Source: Candidatus Moranbacteria bacterium RIFCSPHIGHO2_01_FULL_55_24 (GTDB lineage Bacteria > Patescibacteriota > Minisyncoccia > Moranbacterales > UBA1568). From it: DNA of 64,000 nucleotides. Position numbers and translations under genes: made by a program. Every line of letters begins with the position of its first letter. Positions within the stretch are counted from its first letter, which is position 1. Below, in pieces: positions 55,531 through 63,837 of this stretch. Under the pieces are notes generated by a model, which saw only the letters and a list, made by a program, of their open reading frames with translations, was not told where the DNA came from and ran no database searches. The DNA lies in the NCBI GenBank assembly GCA_001786575.1, contig MFRW01000001.1, positions 22,179 to 86,178 on the forward strand, in the 5' to 3' direction.

Positions 55531-55713
55531 GTGAGTGATTTGCAGAGCAGGTTGGTCAATAAAAGTTCTATGGCTACGGAAATCCTGGTTAAAACAGGAT
55601 ATGCCGAGGCCACAGAATTCTCTGCTGATGCCAATACTAGCCATGTAAAGGCTTTCAGCAAAGGCTGGGATAAGGGCTGGGGCAAGAGTGGCGGTCCTGG
55701 ACCGGATAGGTAA
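55531..55713 (+). CDS. Candidate RiPP precursor peptide (60 aa) with C-terminal KGWDKGWGKSGGPGPDR
   Basis: GTG start 10 nt after an AAGGAGG RBS, 30 nt downstream of the rSAM stop. Lys/Trp/Gly-rich C-terminus with a WGK motif. Followed by a strong hairpin. Confidence 0.45.
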   Translation: MSDLQSRLVNKSSMATEILVKTGYAEATEFSADANTSHVKAFSKGWDKGWGKSGGPGPDR

Positions 55714-55718
55714 AACTA

Positions 55719-55757
55719 GAGGGCTGGAGCTATAATATAGCTACAGCCCTCATTTTA
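55719..55757 (+). terminator. Stem-loop (attenuator/terminator) immediately after the candidate precursor gene
   Basis: AGGGCTG...CAGCCCT outer stem enclosing palindromic AGCTATAATATAGCT, followed by TTTTAAT. Confidence 0.55.
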
Positions 55758-55765
55758 ATGTATTT

Positions 55766-56578
55766 ATGGATAAAACTATCATTTCAAGGCAATTAAAAAA
55801 TGCCTATAAAAGACTAAATCACAAGGAGTATAAATCACCCTATAAGTACAAGCTTAAAAAGGGAAAACAGATACTCTATTTTTTCGGTTCCCGACATTCT
55901 TATAATCCAAAGGATGTGCAATTTGTTGAACTTCGGGACTTTTGGGATGATTTTCAAAAGAACGTTTCTGGCCCATATGAAGTTCTTATAGAAGGAGGCA
56001 AGAGGAGTAATAAATTTAAGGATGAAATTGAAGCAATAAAAAAGGAAGGAGAATTAGGCTTAGTGTATTTTTTAGGAAAAAAGGCTGGCGTAAAAATTGA
56101 TTCTCCCGATCTTTCTGATAGAGATTGGTTCAATGGTCTAGCGAAGATATTTAATAGGGACTTCGTAGCTTATTATGATTTTATTCGGGTTGCTTATCAG
56201 TGGAACAGGACTGACAAAAGCATATCTTTTAAAAAATATGCAAGCAGTTTCCTTAAGCAGAATGAGAAAAGTGTTCATTGGAAGGATTTTGATTTTTCTT
56301 TAAAAAATATGCAGCGTATTCATAAGGAGCTCTTTAAGACGCCTTTTGATGAGAACGATCAAAATTTCCTTGTATCTTTGCTTGATGTAAATTCGGATAA
56401 GTCGGTTATTAATGAAATTTCACGTTACGATGACGAGGGATTTCGCGATTTGAAAATTATCGACAATATCTCCAAAGAATGGAGCAAGAAATTAAGCCTT
56501 TTTATAATTTTTGGTGCCCCGCATGCCATTGTTATGAGAGACATTTTAAAGAAGATAGTTGGAGGAGGCGCTAAATAA
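55766..56578 (+). CDS. Hypothetical protein, very low GC (about one-third by eye), Lys/Phe/Asp-rich
   Basis: 270 aa. No recognisable domain. Composition unlike the rest of the chromosome. Confidence 0.45.
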   Translation: MDKTIISRQLKNAYKRLNHKEYKSPYKYKLKKGKQILYFFGSRHSYNPKDVQFVELRDFWDDFQKNVSGPYEVLIEGGKRSNKFKDEIEAIKKEGELGLVYFLGKKAGVKIDSPDLSDRDWFNGLAKIFNRDFVAYYDFIRVAYQWNRTDKSISFKKYASSFLKQNEKSVHWKDFDFSLKNMQRIHKELFKTPFDENDQNFLVSLLDVNSDKSVINEISRYDDEGFRDLKIIDNISKEWSKKLSLFIIFGAPHAIVMRDILKKIVGGGAK

Positions 56579-56624
56579 GCCTTTCTGGCTTGTGTTTATT
56601 TGGTGGTAGAATAAGGTCAACACT

Positions 56625-57377
56625 ATGTCCCAGTACTACAATCCTCGGAGGACGCGCAATATCTTCGATCCGGCGAGCACGGAGCCCTTCCGCTTGAGCC
56701 GCAGCCGCTTGGAGCTCTTCATGAGCTGTCCGCGCTGCTTCTACCTGGACCGGCGCCTGGGTATAGACCGTCCTCCAGGATACCCGTTTTCCTTAAACTC
56801 GGCCGTGGACACGCTCCTTAAGAAGGAATTCGATATCCACCGCGCGGCAGGCACGAGCCACCCGCTCATGGATACCTATGGCGTTGATGCGGTGCCGTTC
56901 CAGCATGAGAAGATGGAAGAATGGCGCGACTCGCTCCGCCGCGGAATAACCTTCTATCATGAGGAGAGCGGATTCTTCTTCACCGGAGGCGTCGATGACG
57001 TCTGGGTGGATCCGGACGGTGAACTGATTATCGTCGACTACAAGGCGACCGCCAAAGACGGTGAAGTGACGCTTGATGCCGAGTGGCAGGGCGGGTACAA
57101 GCGCCAGATGGAGATGTATCAGTGGCTCTTCCGCCAGAATGGCTTCCAGGTATCGGACACCGGCTACTTCGTCTATTGTAACGGCCAGACGGACCGCAAG
57201 GCTTTCGATGGCAAACTGGAATTCACCGTGAAGCTCATTCCGTACTCCGGAAGCGATGCCTGGGTTTCCGATACCCTTATGGCGGCGCGCGAATGCTTGG
57301 AACAGTCCGAAATCCCGCAGGCTCACCCCGACTGCGACTACTGCGCCTATCGCAAAGAAACCGCAAAGGTGGAATAG
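56625..57377 (+). CDS. PD-(D/E)XK nuclease with CxxC...CxxC cluster (Cas4/RecB-nuclease-domain-like), stand-alone
   Basis: N-terminal CPRCFYLD. Motif GVDDVWVDPDGELIIVDYKAT (D...D-x-K). C-terminal CDYCAY. No cas genes or repeats nearby. Confidence 0.55.
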   Translation: MSQYYNPRRTRNIFDPASTEPFRLSRSRLELFMSCPRCFYLDRRLGIDRPPGYPFSLNSAVDTLLKKEFDIHRAAGTSHPLMDTYGVDAVPFQHEKMEEWRDSLRRGITFYHEESGFFFTGGVDDVWVDPDGELIIVDYKATAKDGEVTLDAEWQGGYKRQMEMYQWLFRQNGFQVSDTGYFVYCNGQTDRKAFDGKLEFTVKLIPYSGSDAWVSDTLMAARECLEQSEIPQAHPDCDYCAYRKETAKVE

Positions 57378-57392
57378 GGTTTGAAATAAGCC

Positions 57393-57420
57393 AAAACAGG
57401 CGTCCAAACGCCTGTTTTCT
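57393..57420 (+). terminator. Intrinsic terminator
   Basis: AACAGGCG/CGCCTGTT stem with a 6-nt loop, followed by TTTCT. Confidence 0.7.
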
Positions 57421-57422
57421 AT

Positions 57423-57450
57423 TGACATTTTCGTGAAGAAGGTGTATAAT
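57423..57450 (+). promoter_or_regulatory. Consensus sigma70 promoter TTGACA-N16-TATAAT
   Basis: Perfect hexamers about 40 nt upstream of the GTG at 57492. Confidence 0.6.
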
Positions 57451-57491
57451 TGCTGGTTATAGTGCCTTAACAACCAAGCAGGAGATGTGTC

Positions 57492-58154
57492 GTGAAACAA
57501 GCGGTAATGCAAATTGCCGCGCGGATCGCGGCAATACTCAACAAGGTCTGGAGCTTTGCGGTTTCGATCCCGATCATCGGGAAAGGACTTCAGTGGCTCG
57601 CAACGCTGTCTAAAGAGGTTTCGGTAAGCTTCTTCATCCTCGAAGAGGCTACGAGCATCGAAGACGGCGCCGAGAGGGTTGCCAACACGGTTGCGAAGAG
57701 GATATTCTACTACTTCGCAGACTGGGGTCTGGCGCTTCTCTCGTGGTCTATGGTCGGCGGACTGAAACTCCTCGGAGTGCAGTTCGTGTACGCGCTCGGA
57801 GCGATGTGGGTCTATGACGTCGTTATAGCGACGGCGTTCCTCTACGTCTACAAGCGCCACAACACCGACCTCACGCTCGGCATCAATTTCCGCCGCGGCG
57901 TGGACGCAGTGTTCAGGCGGTCCCGTATCGCCGGAATGCTTGCGGTCGCCGGAGTGATCATCAAAGCCATCTATTGGGATGGCCCGGAACACATCGTCAT
58001 CTTCTTCGAAAAGGAGCTGAAGACGACTTCCCGGATGATGGTGCTTCTGGTGATCCTGACAGTCATTCAGGCTTATATCTGGACGGCTATCATCTATCTC
58101 GGGCTGGAAGGCCTGGGAGACCTTGTCGGGTTCCTCTGGAACCTGCTGACCTAA
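57492..58154 (+). CDS. Hypothetical membrane protein (about 5 TM)
   Basis: GTG start after an AGGAG RBS. Hydrophobic segments. Terminator-like GC palindrome plus T-run follows at about 58155-58198. Confidence 0.5.
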   Translation: MKQAVMQIAARIAAILNKVWSFAVSIPIIGKGLQWLATLSKEVSVSFFILEEATSIEDGAERVANTVAKRIFYYFADWGLALLSWSMVGGLKLLGVQFVYALGAMWVYDVVIATAFLYVYKRHNTDLTLGINFRRGVDAVFRRSRIAGMLAVAGVIIKAIYWDGPEHIVIFFEKELKTTSRMMVLLVILTVIQAYIWTAIIYLGLEGLGDLVGFLWNLLT

Positions 58155-58237
58155 GCGCGTGATTGGGAAATTCCCGATTACGCGCTTCTTTTTTTTGTTT
58201 GCATATCATATAATAGAAGTACTGTTGCGAAGAAAAT

Positions 58238-58792
58238 ATGAAAAAGAAAGCAAACTTCATTTTCTTACTCCTCATCATCATTTTCGCTGTTTCCGTTTTT
58301 TACGCGTTCCTGAAGTTTTTCGTGTTCCGGGATTATATGATCTACGCCCAGACGGAGTGCGACCCCTCTCTTGAAAGCTGTTTCATCTATACCTGCGACC
58401 CTGCGACCGAAGAGTGTACTGGCGACCCCGAAGAGGATACGTGGTATTACAATCTGATTACCAAAAATGCCCAGAATATCGCTGTCTGCGATCCATCCGC
58501 AGAGGAGTGCGAAGAGCTTTCCTGCGCTCCTGGCGAGATAGGCTGCGAAGTGGCGTTTTGCGATGAGGAACTGGCTGCCGAACAGGGCGAGGGAGTGACC
58601 TGCAGCAACCCGGCGGACTTCCAGGAGGAAGAAACCGAAGAAGGAGCCGAGGAAACGGAGATGACGGAAGAAGAGGGGGAAACGGATGGATCAGCGGATG
58701 AATCCGAAGAATCTGTTCCGGAAGAGAGCGAAGGCTCGTCCGAACCGGGAGAAGGGGCTTCTTCTGGGGAAGAATCTCCAGTCATGCTTTAA
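58238..58792 (+). CDS. Signal-anchored Cys-rich protein with poly-acidic C-terminal tail
   Basis: N-terminal TM. 12 Cys in about 90 aa (ECDPSLESCFIYTCDPATEECTGD...CSNP), then a Glu/Ser/Gly-rich tail. Confidence 0.5.
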   Translation: MKKKANFIFLLLIIIFAVSVFYAFLKFFVFRDYMIYAQTECDPSLESCFIYTCDPATEECTGDPEEDTWYYNLITKNAQNIAVCDPSAEECEELSCAPGEIGCEVAFCDEELAAEQGEGVTCSNPADFQEEETEEGAEETEMTEEEGETDGSADESEESVPEESEGSSEPGEGASSGEESPVML

Positions 58793-58861
58793 AGCTATCC
58801 TTGACAAAACACTTCAAAAGTGCTATTATACGCAGTCAATCTAAGATCTGGGGGAGTTTGA

Positions 58862-60181
58862 ATGATTTCTACTATGCGTATCTTGCTTGTTTCAGATGAC
58901 TTCTCGGCAGCCGATTTGGCGTACCGACTCCAGCAGGAAGGGAACGATGTGCGCGTCTATGTGGAAGACGAATCTTCCAGCCGGGACTACGCCGGTATGC
59001 TCCGCAAGGTGACGAGCTGGAAAAAAAGCCTCCCCTGGGTGGGGAAGGACGGCCTTATCGTCTTCGATGGCACCGGCCACGGCCGGACCCAGGACGAGCT
59101 CCGTAAGAAGGGGTATAGCGTGGTGGGCGGCAGCCAAGCCGGCGACCGCTGCGAAGACGACCGCACCTATGGGCAGGAAGTCTTGTGGGGCTGCGGTATG
59201 AAGATGATCCAGAGCCAAGACTTCTCGTCTCTCGATGACGCGATAGATTTCGTGAAGAAACACCCGAAGCCATGGGTCATCAAGCAGAACGGCCATGCCT
59301 CGAAGATCTTCAACTATGTAGGATCTCGTCGGGACGGGTCCGATGTGATCAGTGTCCTGGAGAGCTACCGCAAGACCGCTCCCAAGAAAGAAATCAAGAA
59401 CGTCCAGCTCCAGGAGCGCATCTACGGGGTGGAGATCGGCGTGGCCCGCTACTTCAACGGTCATGACTGGGTAGGGCCGATCGAAATGAACGTAGAGCAC
59501 AAGAACCTGTCTGACGGCGATCTGGGACCGAAGACCTATGAGATGGGAACGCTCATGTGGTTCGATTCCGATGAATCCAACCCGCTTTTCCGCGAGACCC
59601 TAGCCAAGATGAAGGGTTACCTCCAAGGCATCGGCTTCAAGGGGGATGTAGACATCAACTGTATCGTGAATGAGAAGGGAGTCTACCCGCTCGAGATCAC
59701 GGCGCGTTTCGGTTTTCCAGCGCTCCAGCTCCAGCAGGCCCTCTCGCCCGAAGTTTCCTGGGCCGAATTCCTGAAGGCGGTAGCCGACGGGGAACAGTTC
59801 GATTTCAAATACAAAAAAGGGGAATATGGCGTAATCGTCCTCTTGGCGGTGCCTCCCTTCCCGTATGCCGGGACACTCAAGGCCAAGAAATCGGTCAATC
59901 TAGACTTCTTCCTGGATGAAACACTCACCCCGGAGGAGCGCCGGCATATCCACTTCGAAGAAGTTTCGAAGCGCCGGAATGGCCAACACTACGTCTCCGG
60001 GAGCACGGGTTTCGCGCTCCATGTCTCGGGTGCCGGCAAGACGGTAGCCGCCGCCCGCAAGCAGGCCTACGACATCATCCAGAAAATCACCATCCCCAAG
60101 ATGTTCTACCGCACCGATATCGGCATCAAGTTCGAGCAGGAAGACAAGAAGAAGCTTAAGAAGTGGGGATATATCAAATAG
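58862..60181 (+). CDS. ATP-grasp protein, phosphoribosylamine--glycine ligase (PurD)-like, divergent (no GGREHA loop)
   Basis: Central and C-terminal similarity to PurD (EHKNLSDGDLGPKTYEMG versus DHKRVGDKDTGPNTGGMG; YRTDIGIKFE versus CRKDIGWRAIE). N-terminus lacks the GGREHAL motif. Probable start MRILLVS at 58874. Confidence 0.5.
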   Translation: MISTMRILLVSDDFSAADLAYRLQQEGNDVRVYVEDESSSRDYAGMLRKVTSWKKSLPWVGKDGLIVFDGTGHGRTQDELRKKGYSVVGGSQAGDRCEDDRTYGQEVLWGCGMKMIQSQDFSSLDDAIDFVKKHPKPWVIKQNGHASKIFNYVGSRRDGSDVISVLESYRKTAPKKEIKNVQLQERIYGVEIGVARYFNGHDWVGPIEMNVEHKNLSDGDLGPKTYEMGTLMWFDSDESNPLFRETLAKMKGYLQGIGFKGDVDINCIVNEKGVYPLEITARFGFPALQLQQALSPEVSWAEFLKAVADGEQFDFKYKKGEYGVIVLLAVPPFPYAGTLKAKKSVNLDFFLDETLTPEERRHIHFEEVSKRRNGQHYVSGSTGFALHVSGAGKTVAAARKQAYDIIQKITIPKMFYRTDIGIKFEQEDKKKLKKWGYIK

Positions 60182-60192
60182 AATGCAAGAAG

Positions 60193-60220
60193 CCCTGGAA
60201 TGAATCCAGAGGTTTTTAGT
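60193..60220 (+). terminator. Intrinsic terminator
   Basis: CCTGGA/TCCAGAGG stem followed by TTTTTAG. Confidence 0.55.
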
Positions 60221-60221
60221 C

Positions 60222-60249
60222 TTGACAAAATAATTCTTTATTATATTAT
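60222..60249 (+). promoter_or_regulatory. Sigma70 promoter TTGACA-N16-TATTAT
   Basis: About 40 nt upstream of the ATG at 60289. Confidence 0.55.
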
Positions 60250-60288
60250 AAAAGCGCAATATCATTTGCTTTAGAGGAGTATTTTGAG

Positions 60289-60876
60289 ATGCAGGTTCTT
60301 TTGCGTACCTCCCCCAACTGTGCAGCACCTCGCTGTAGTGATTGTAGCGGCCCAAGCAGCTGTGCCGCGGGAAAATGTTCCTCCGACTTTAAGTCGAGGG
60401 AAGAAAGTTCTGGTATTGTGGTTGCCAGATTCATCGATTCGTTTGATCTCGGTTTCTTGAGGCCGAAGCTCAAGGATTCTGAAATGGGTCCCGGTTGGAA
60501 TGATGAGGAAATCGAAAGAGCCATTCGTCGTTTCAAGCGGTTCTTTTATATGACAGGAACCCAGACAATTCCTGGTGGTCCCGGCTTCGTTCCCACCAAG
60601 GAAATCGACTGGGTCTGGCACATGTTTCTGCTCTATACCAAACGGTACGCCGAGACATGTTTCAATCTTTTCGGCCGGATGATTCACCATGCTCCTGATG
60701 AAGATGCGAGCATGGAGAGCAAAAACCAGCTTAGGAAAGGTTTCTCTGCGACAGCCGAACTTTACCAACGGCTCTTCGGAGAAAATTATGGAGAAGTGCG
60801 CGCGGAATGCGGCGCCTGCTGTGATGGTTCTGGCGGATGCCACAGCTGTCAACATATTGCCGTCGAGCAGCAATAG
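60289..60876 (+). CDS. DUF1399/glycine-rich-domain-protein (GRDP)-like protein with Cys-rich N- and C-termini
   Basis: Core EIDWVWHMFLLYTKRYAETCFNLFGRMIHHAPDED resembles the WHxHxLxPxxYxxDC motif of DUF1399. N-terminus CAAPRCSDCSGPSSCAAGKC; C-terminus CGACCDGSGGCHSCQH. Confidence 0.45.
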   Translation: MQVLLRTSPNCAAPRCSDCSGPSSCAAGKCSSDFKSREESSGIVVARFIDSFDLGFLRPKLKDSEMGPGWNDEEIERAIRRFKRFFYMTGTQTIPGGPGFVPTKEIDWVWHMFLLYTKRYAETCFNLFGRMIHHAPDEDASMESKNQLRKGFSATAELYQRLFGENYGEVRAECGACCDGSGGCHSCQHIAVEQQ

Positions 60877-60916
60877 AAAAACAGAATAACTTAAGGGAGT
60901 CCGCAGCGCGGACTCC

Positions 60917-61498
60917 CTATTTCTTTTTCTTGACTAAAAAATTAAAAAAATGCCAGTGTTTGGTGGTTCCGACGGCGGTGGAACCATCTTTTTCAATTTC
61001 TTCGAATTTGATCACTTCATAGCTGCCTAAGAGATCTTCCGTCTCTTGTTTTGTAAAGAAAGTCATCTTGGTTTCGGGGGTATTCCATTCATCCCGGTCT
61101 CCAAAAAGCTGGCCGCAGAATATAGCGCCAGGCTTGAGAGATTCTCTGATTCCTTTCCAGACTTTGGGGAAGTCCTCCTTTCTTAGGAAAGGGAGCGTAA
61201 ATTGTGAACTGACTAGATCGAAATGTTCCGTAGGGAAGTCATAGCTTTCGGTGCCACCGAATCTATAGCTGAAACGAGGATCTTTGATCTGCTCTGCTAA
61301 AGCTGGGAATTCCTTGGCGGAATCTATAGCGACTACCTCCTGGAATCCTTCCGCCAAGAGCCGCTTGACATCATTCAGAGTTCCAGCTCCTATATCGAGA
61401 GCAGAGCCTTTTTCGGATATGAAATTCAAACTTTCCACCAAAAGGGGTCGAGCAGGTGTCTGGTGAGTTTTTCGATAGTATGCTGACCAGTCAGGCAT
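60917..61498 (-). CDS. Class I SAM-dependent methyltransferase (small, TehB/UbiE-like)
   Basis: Motif I SALDIGAGTLNDVKRL; acidic post-I residue AID. Confidence 0.7.
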   Translation of the reverse strand: MPDWSAYYRKTHQTPARPLLVESLNFISEKGSALDIGAGTLNDVKRLLAEGFQEVVAIDSAKEFPALAEQIKDPRFSYRFGGTESYDFPTEHFDLVSSQFTLPFLRKEDFPKVWKGIRESLKPGAIFCGQLFGDRDEWNTPETKMTFFTKQETEDLLGSYEVIKFEEIEKDGSTAVGTTKHWHFFNFLVKKKK

Positions 61499-61693
61499 AG
61501 ATTTCTGATAATTTTATCTAAATCATACCCCAGTCTTTATTATATTGGAAATCTATCAGAAAACACCATTTATGTGACCCATTTTAAATTTTAAATAAGA
61601 CTATAAGAGCCCAAGAGCAATCCAGGGCTTTGTTTTTTTGAGGGAGGTGCTAAAATCGGGGTAGCTGTTTCTAACTGAAATAACAGGAAAAAT

Positions 61694-62095
61694 ATGCTTA
61701 ATTTGAAAATCCAGACCGTGCCCGATGATCAGCAGCGCTACAATACCGTAGGCGACTACTACCTGAATGACAAAGGGGAACGCATCTTTGTGATTTCGGA
61801 TATGCGAGACTGGCGCTACGAGATTCTGACAGCCGTCCACGAGCTGGTGGAGAGCGCGCTCTGCAAGCATCGGGGCGTCACAGATGAACAGATAGACGCC
61901 TTTGATCTCGAGTTTAGCGAGAAAAGAGCTACAGGAGACGTGAGCGAGCCGGGGGATTCTCCGGAAGCCCCATACTACAGGGAACACCAATTCTCCAATA
62001 AGATAGAGAAGATGCTGGCGGATGAGCTGAAAGTGGATTGGGAACAGTACGGGAAAACAGTGGATACGCTCATGAGAAATACCGAAGTCATCTGA
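61694..62095 (+). CDS. Hypothetical protein
   Basis: 133 aa. No domain recognised. Confidence 0.4.
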   Translation: MLNLKIQTVPDDQQRYNTVGDYYLNDKGERIFVISDMRDWRYEILTAVHELVESALCKHRGVTDEQIDAFDLEFSEKRATGDVSEPGDSPEAPYYREHQFSNKIEKMLADELKVDWEQYGKTVDTLMRNTEVI

Positions 62096-62278
62096 AAAGC
62101 CTAGCATTTAAAGGAGTTGTAGATTGCCGAGCCCTCTTGACATAATTTAATTTATAGATATAATATAATCACTTTGCTAAGCTTTCTCAAAGGGGGAATG
62201 GATGAAAATTCATTCCCCTTTCATTTTTTTACTTTTTCTTTGTTCCATAATTCTATCCATTTTATTAACTTTAAAAAA

Positions 62279-62893
62279 ATGCGCTTCTACAAAAATCTTT
62301 CAGATGATTTACATTGCTTCCAGGCTTCTTTAAAGATGGTGCTTTCAATCTATTTCCCTTCAGAGGAATTCTCATTCAAACAAATAGATAAGGCTACCGG
62401 TTTTAAGAAAGATAAGGGGACCTGGGATGCCAGGGGCTTTCTCTGGCTTGCCAAGAAAGGTTTCCGGATAATCCGTATTTCGGATTTTGATTATAAGAGA
62501 TTCGCGGATGAGGGTGAAAAGTACCTAAAATGGTTCTGGATGCCAGAAGTGTACGAATACCAAAAAAAGTATTCGGACTTTAAAAATGCTCAGAGGGCAG
62601 TTAAGGGTCTTTTGGATTATGCGAATTTTATTTTTCGGCGGCCTCTCCTTTCGGATATAGATAAATATGCGAGGAAAGAAGGTTCTACAATGATGGCTTC
62701 TGTGAATCCGAAGGTCCTTGATCACAAAGGGGGCTATGGAAACCATGTGGTAGTTATCGAGTCTATCTCAAAGAAGTATGTCGTTTTTAGTGACCCCGGC
62801 TTGCCTCCCGAGCCTCATCGGAAGGTTACGAGGAGCCTTTTTAAGAAAGCCTTATTTGAGCTTATAGTGATTACTCCTGCTAGTTTTAAATAG
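62279..62893 (+). CDS. C39-like / papain-fold cysteine peptidase domain protein (Peptidase_C39_2 / BtrH-N-like)
   Basis: Cys motif DLHCFQASLKMVLSIY and His motif GNHVVVIESISKKYVVFSDP. Low GC. ATG at 62279 within ORF 62174..62893. Confidence 0.5.
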   Translation: MRFYKNLSDDLHCFQASLKMVLSIYFPSEEFSFKQIDKATGFKKDKGTWDARGFLWLAKKGFRIIRISDFDYKRFADEGEKYLKWFWMPEVYEYQKKYSDFKNAQRAVKGLLDYANFIFRRPLLSDIDKYARKEGSTMMASVNPKVLDHKGGYGNHVVVIESISKKYVVFSDPGLPPEPHRKVTRSLFKKALFELIVITPASFK

Positions 62894-62995
62894 AGAAAAT
62901 AGGAATGTTAGATTATTTGAAAGCCCTGACTTGTCCCAGGGCTTTGATTTTTGCTTGGAAATGGTAGAATTGAATTATCTATTTGAACTTTATTT

Positions 62996-63835
62996 ATGCA
63001 TGAGACGAAAGAATACTGGTCAATGACAGAAGGAGTTTTTAATTGTTTGTTTGATAAAGAAAGAACGGAAGCATTTGCCAAGGCAATTCAGAATACTGTA
63101 AAAGAAGGGGATGTCGTTGTAGATATGGGAACGGGGAGCGGTATCTTGGCTATGCTTGCTGCCCAGGCAGGAGCAAAGAAGGTGTACGCTATTGAGTTTG
63201 ATGAGAATAACTACAGGAATCTTGAGAAGGTATTCAAAGTAAATGGTTTCGATCAGATTGTTTTATTAAATGAAGATGTGCGTTCTGTTGAAATTCCTGA
63301 AAAAGTGGACGTCATTATTGGAGAAATGATTGCGACGGGACTTATTGAGGAACAGCAGATCCAGGCTATGAATAACATCCTAAAATATACAAATCTGGGA
63401 TGTAAGACACTTCTAAAGAAGTACACTAATTATATAGACTGTGTTTATAACAAAGATCAGTATTACGGGCTACAGTTTCCCATTGTAAGGTATGAGTATT
63501 CAGGCGAGTCAGAATTAGAGTCCTGGCCGCTTACCGGCAAAGAGTCGTATTCAGTGACTGATTTTTCTAAGATTACCTCTGAAGAAGAACGGGTTGTTGA
63601 TAAAACCTTGAATCTTGTTGCGATAAAGGATGGTAAAATAAACGGGATAAGAATCAGTAGCGAAACAGAGTTTTCTGACGGTACAAAATTCTGGGGATCT
63701 TTTGCCTATAGTTACCCTATTATTCTTCCTGTCGAGGATGTTGAAGTTAAGGAAGGAGATAGGATTCAAGTGAAAATAAGCTACGTTTTATGCGGGGGAT
63801 TCAATAATCTAAAGTATTCTCTAAATAAAGATTAA
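62996..63835 (+). CDS. Protein arginine N-methyltransferase (PRMT)-like SAM-dependent methyltransferase
   Basis: [30 protein letters not shown] matches PRMT motif I / post-I ([27 protein letters not shown]). Double-E-like region IIGEMI. C-terminal beta-barrel-length region. Low GC. Confidence 0.6.
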   Translation: [279 protein letters not shown]

Positions 63836-63837
63836 GT

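Noticed and set aside
56625-57377. Possible CRISPR-Cas locus suggested by a Cas4-like nuclease
   Set aside because: No direct-repeat array and no cas1/cas2 or effector genes anywhere in the window. It is treated as a stand-alone PD-(D/E)XK nuclease.
58862-60181. Annotation of the PurD-like gene as bona fide purD (purine biosynthesis)
   Set aside because: The N-terminal GGREHAL substrate loop is absent and no other pur genes lie in the 64 kb. It is left as a PurD-like ATP-grasp of uncertain substrate.
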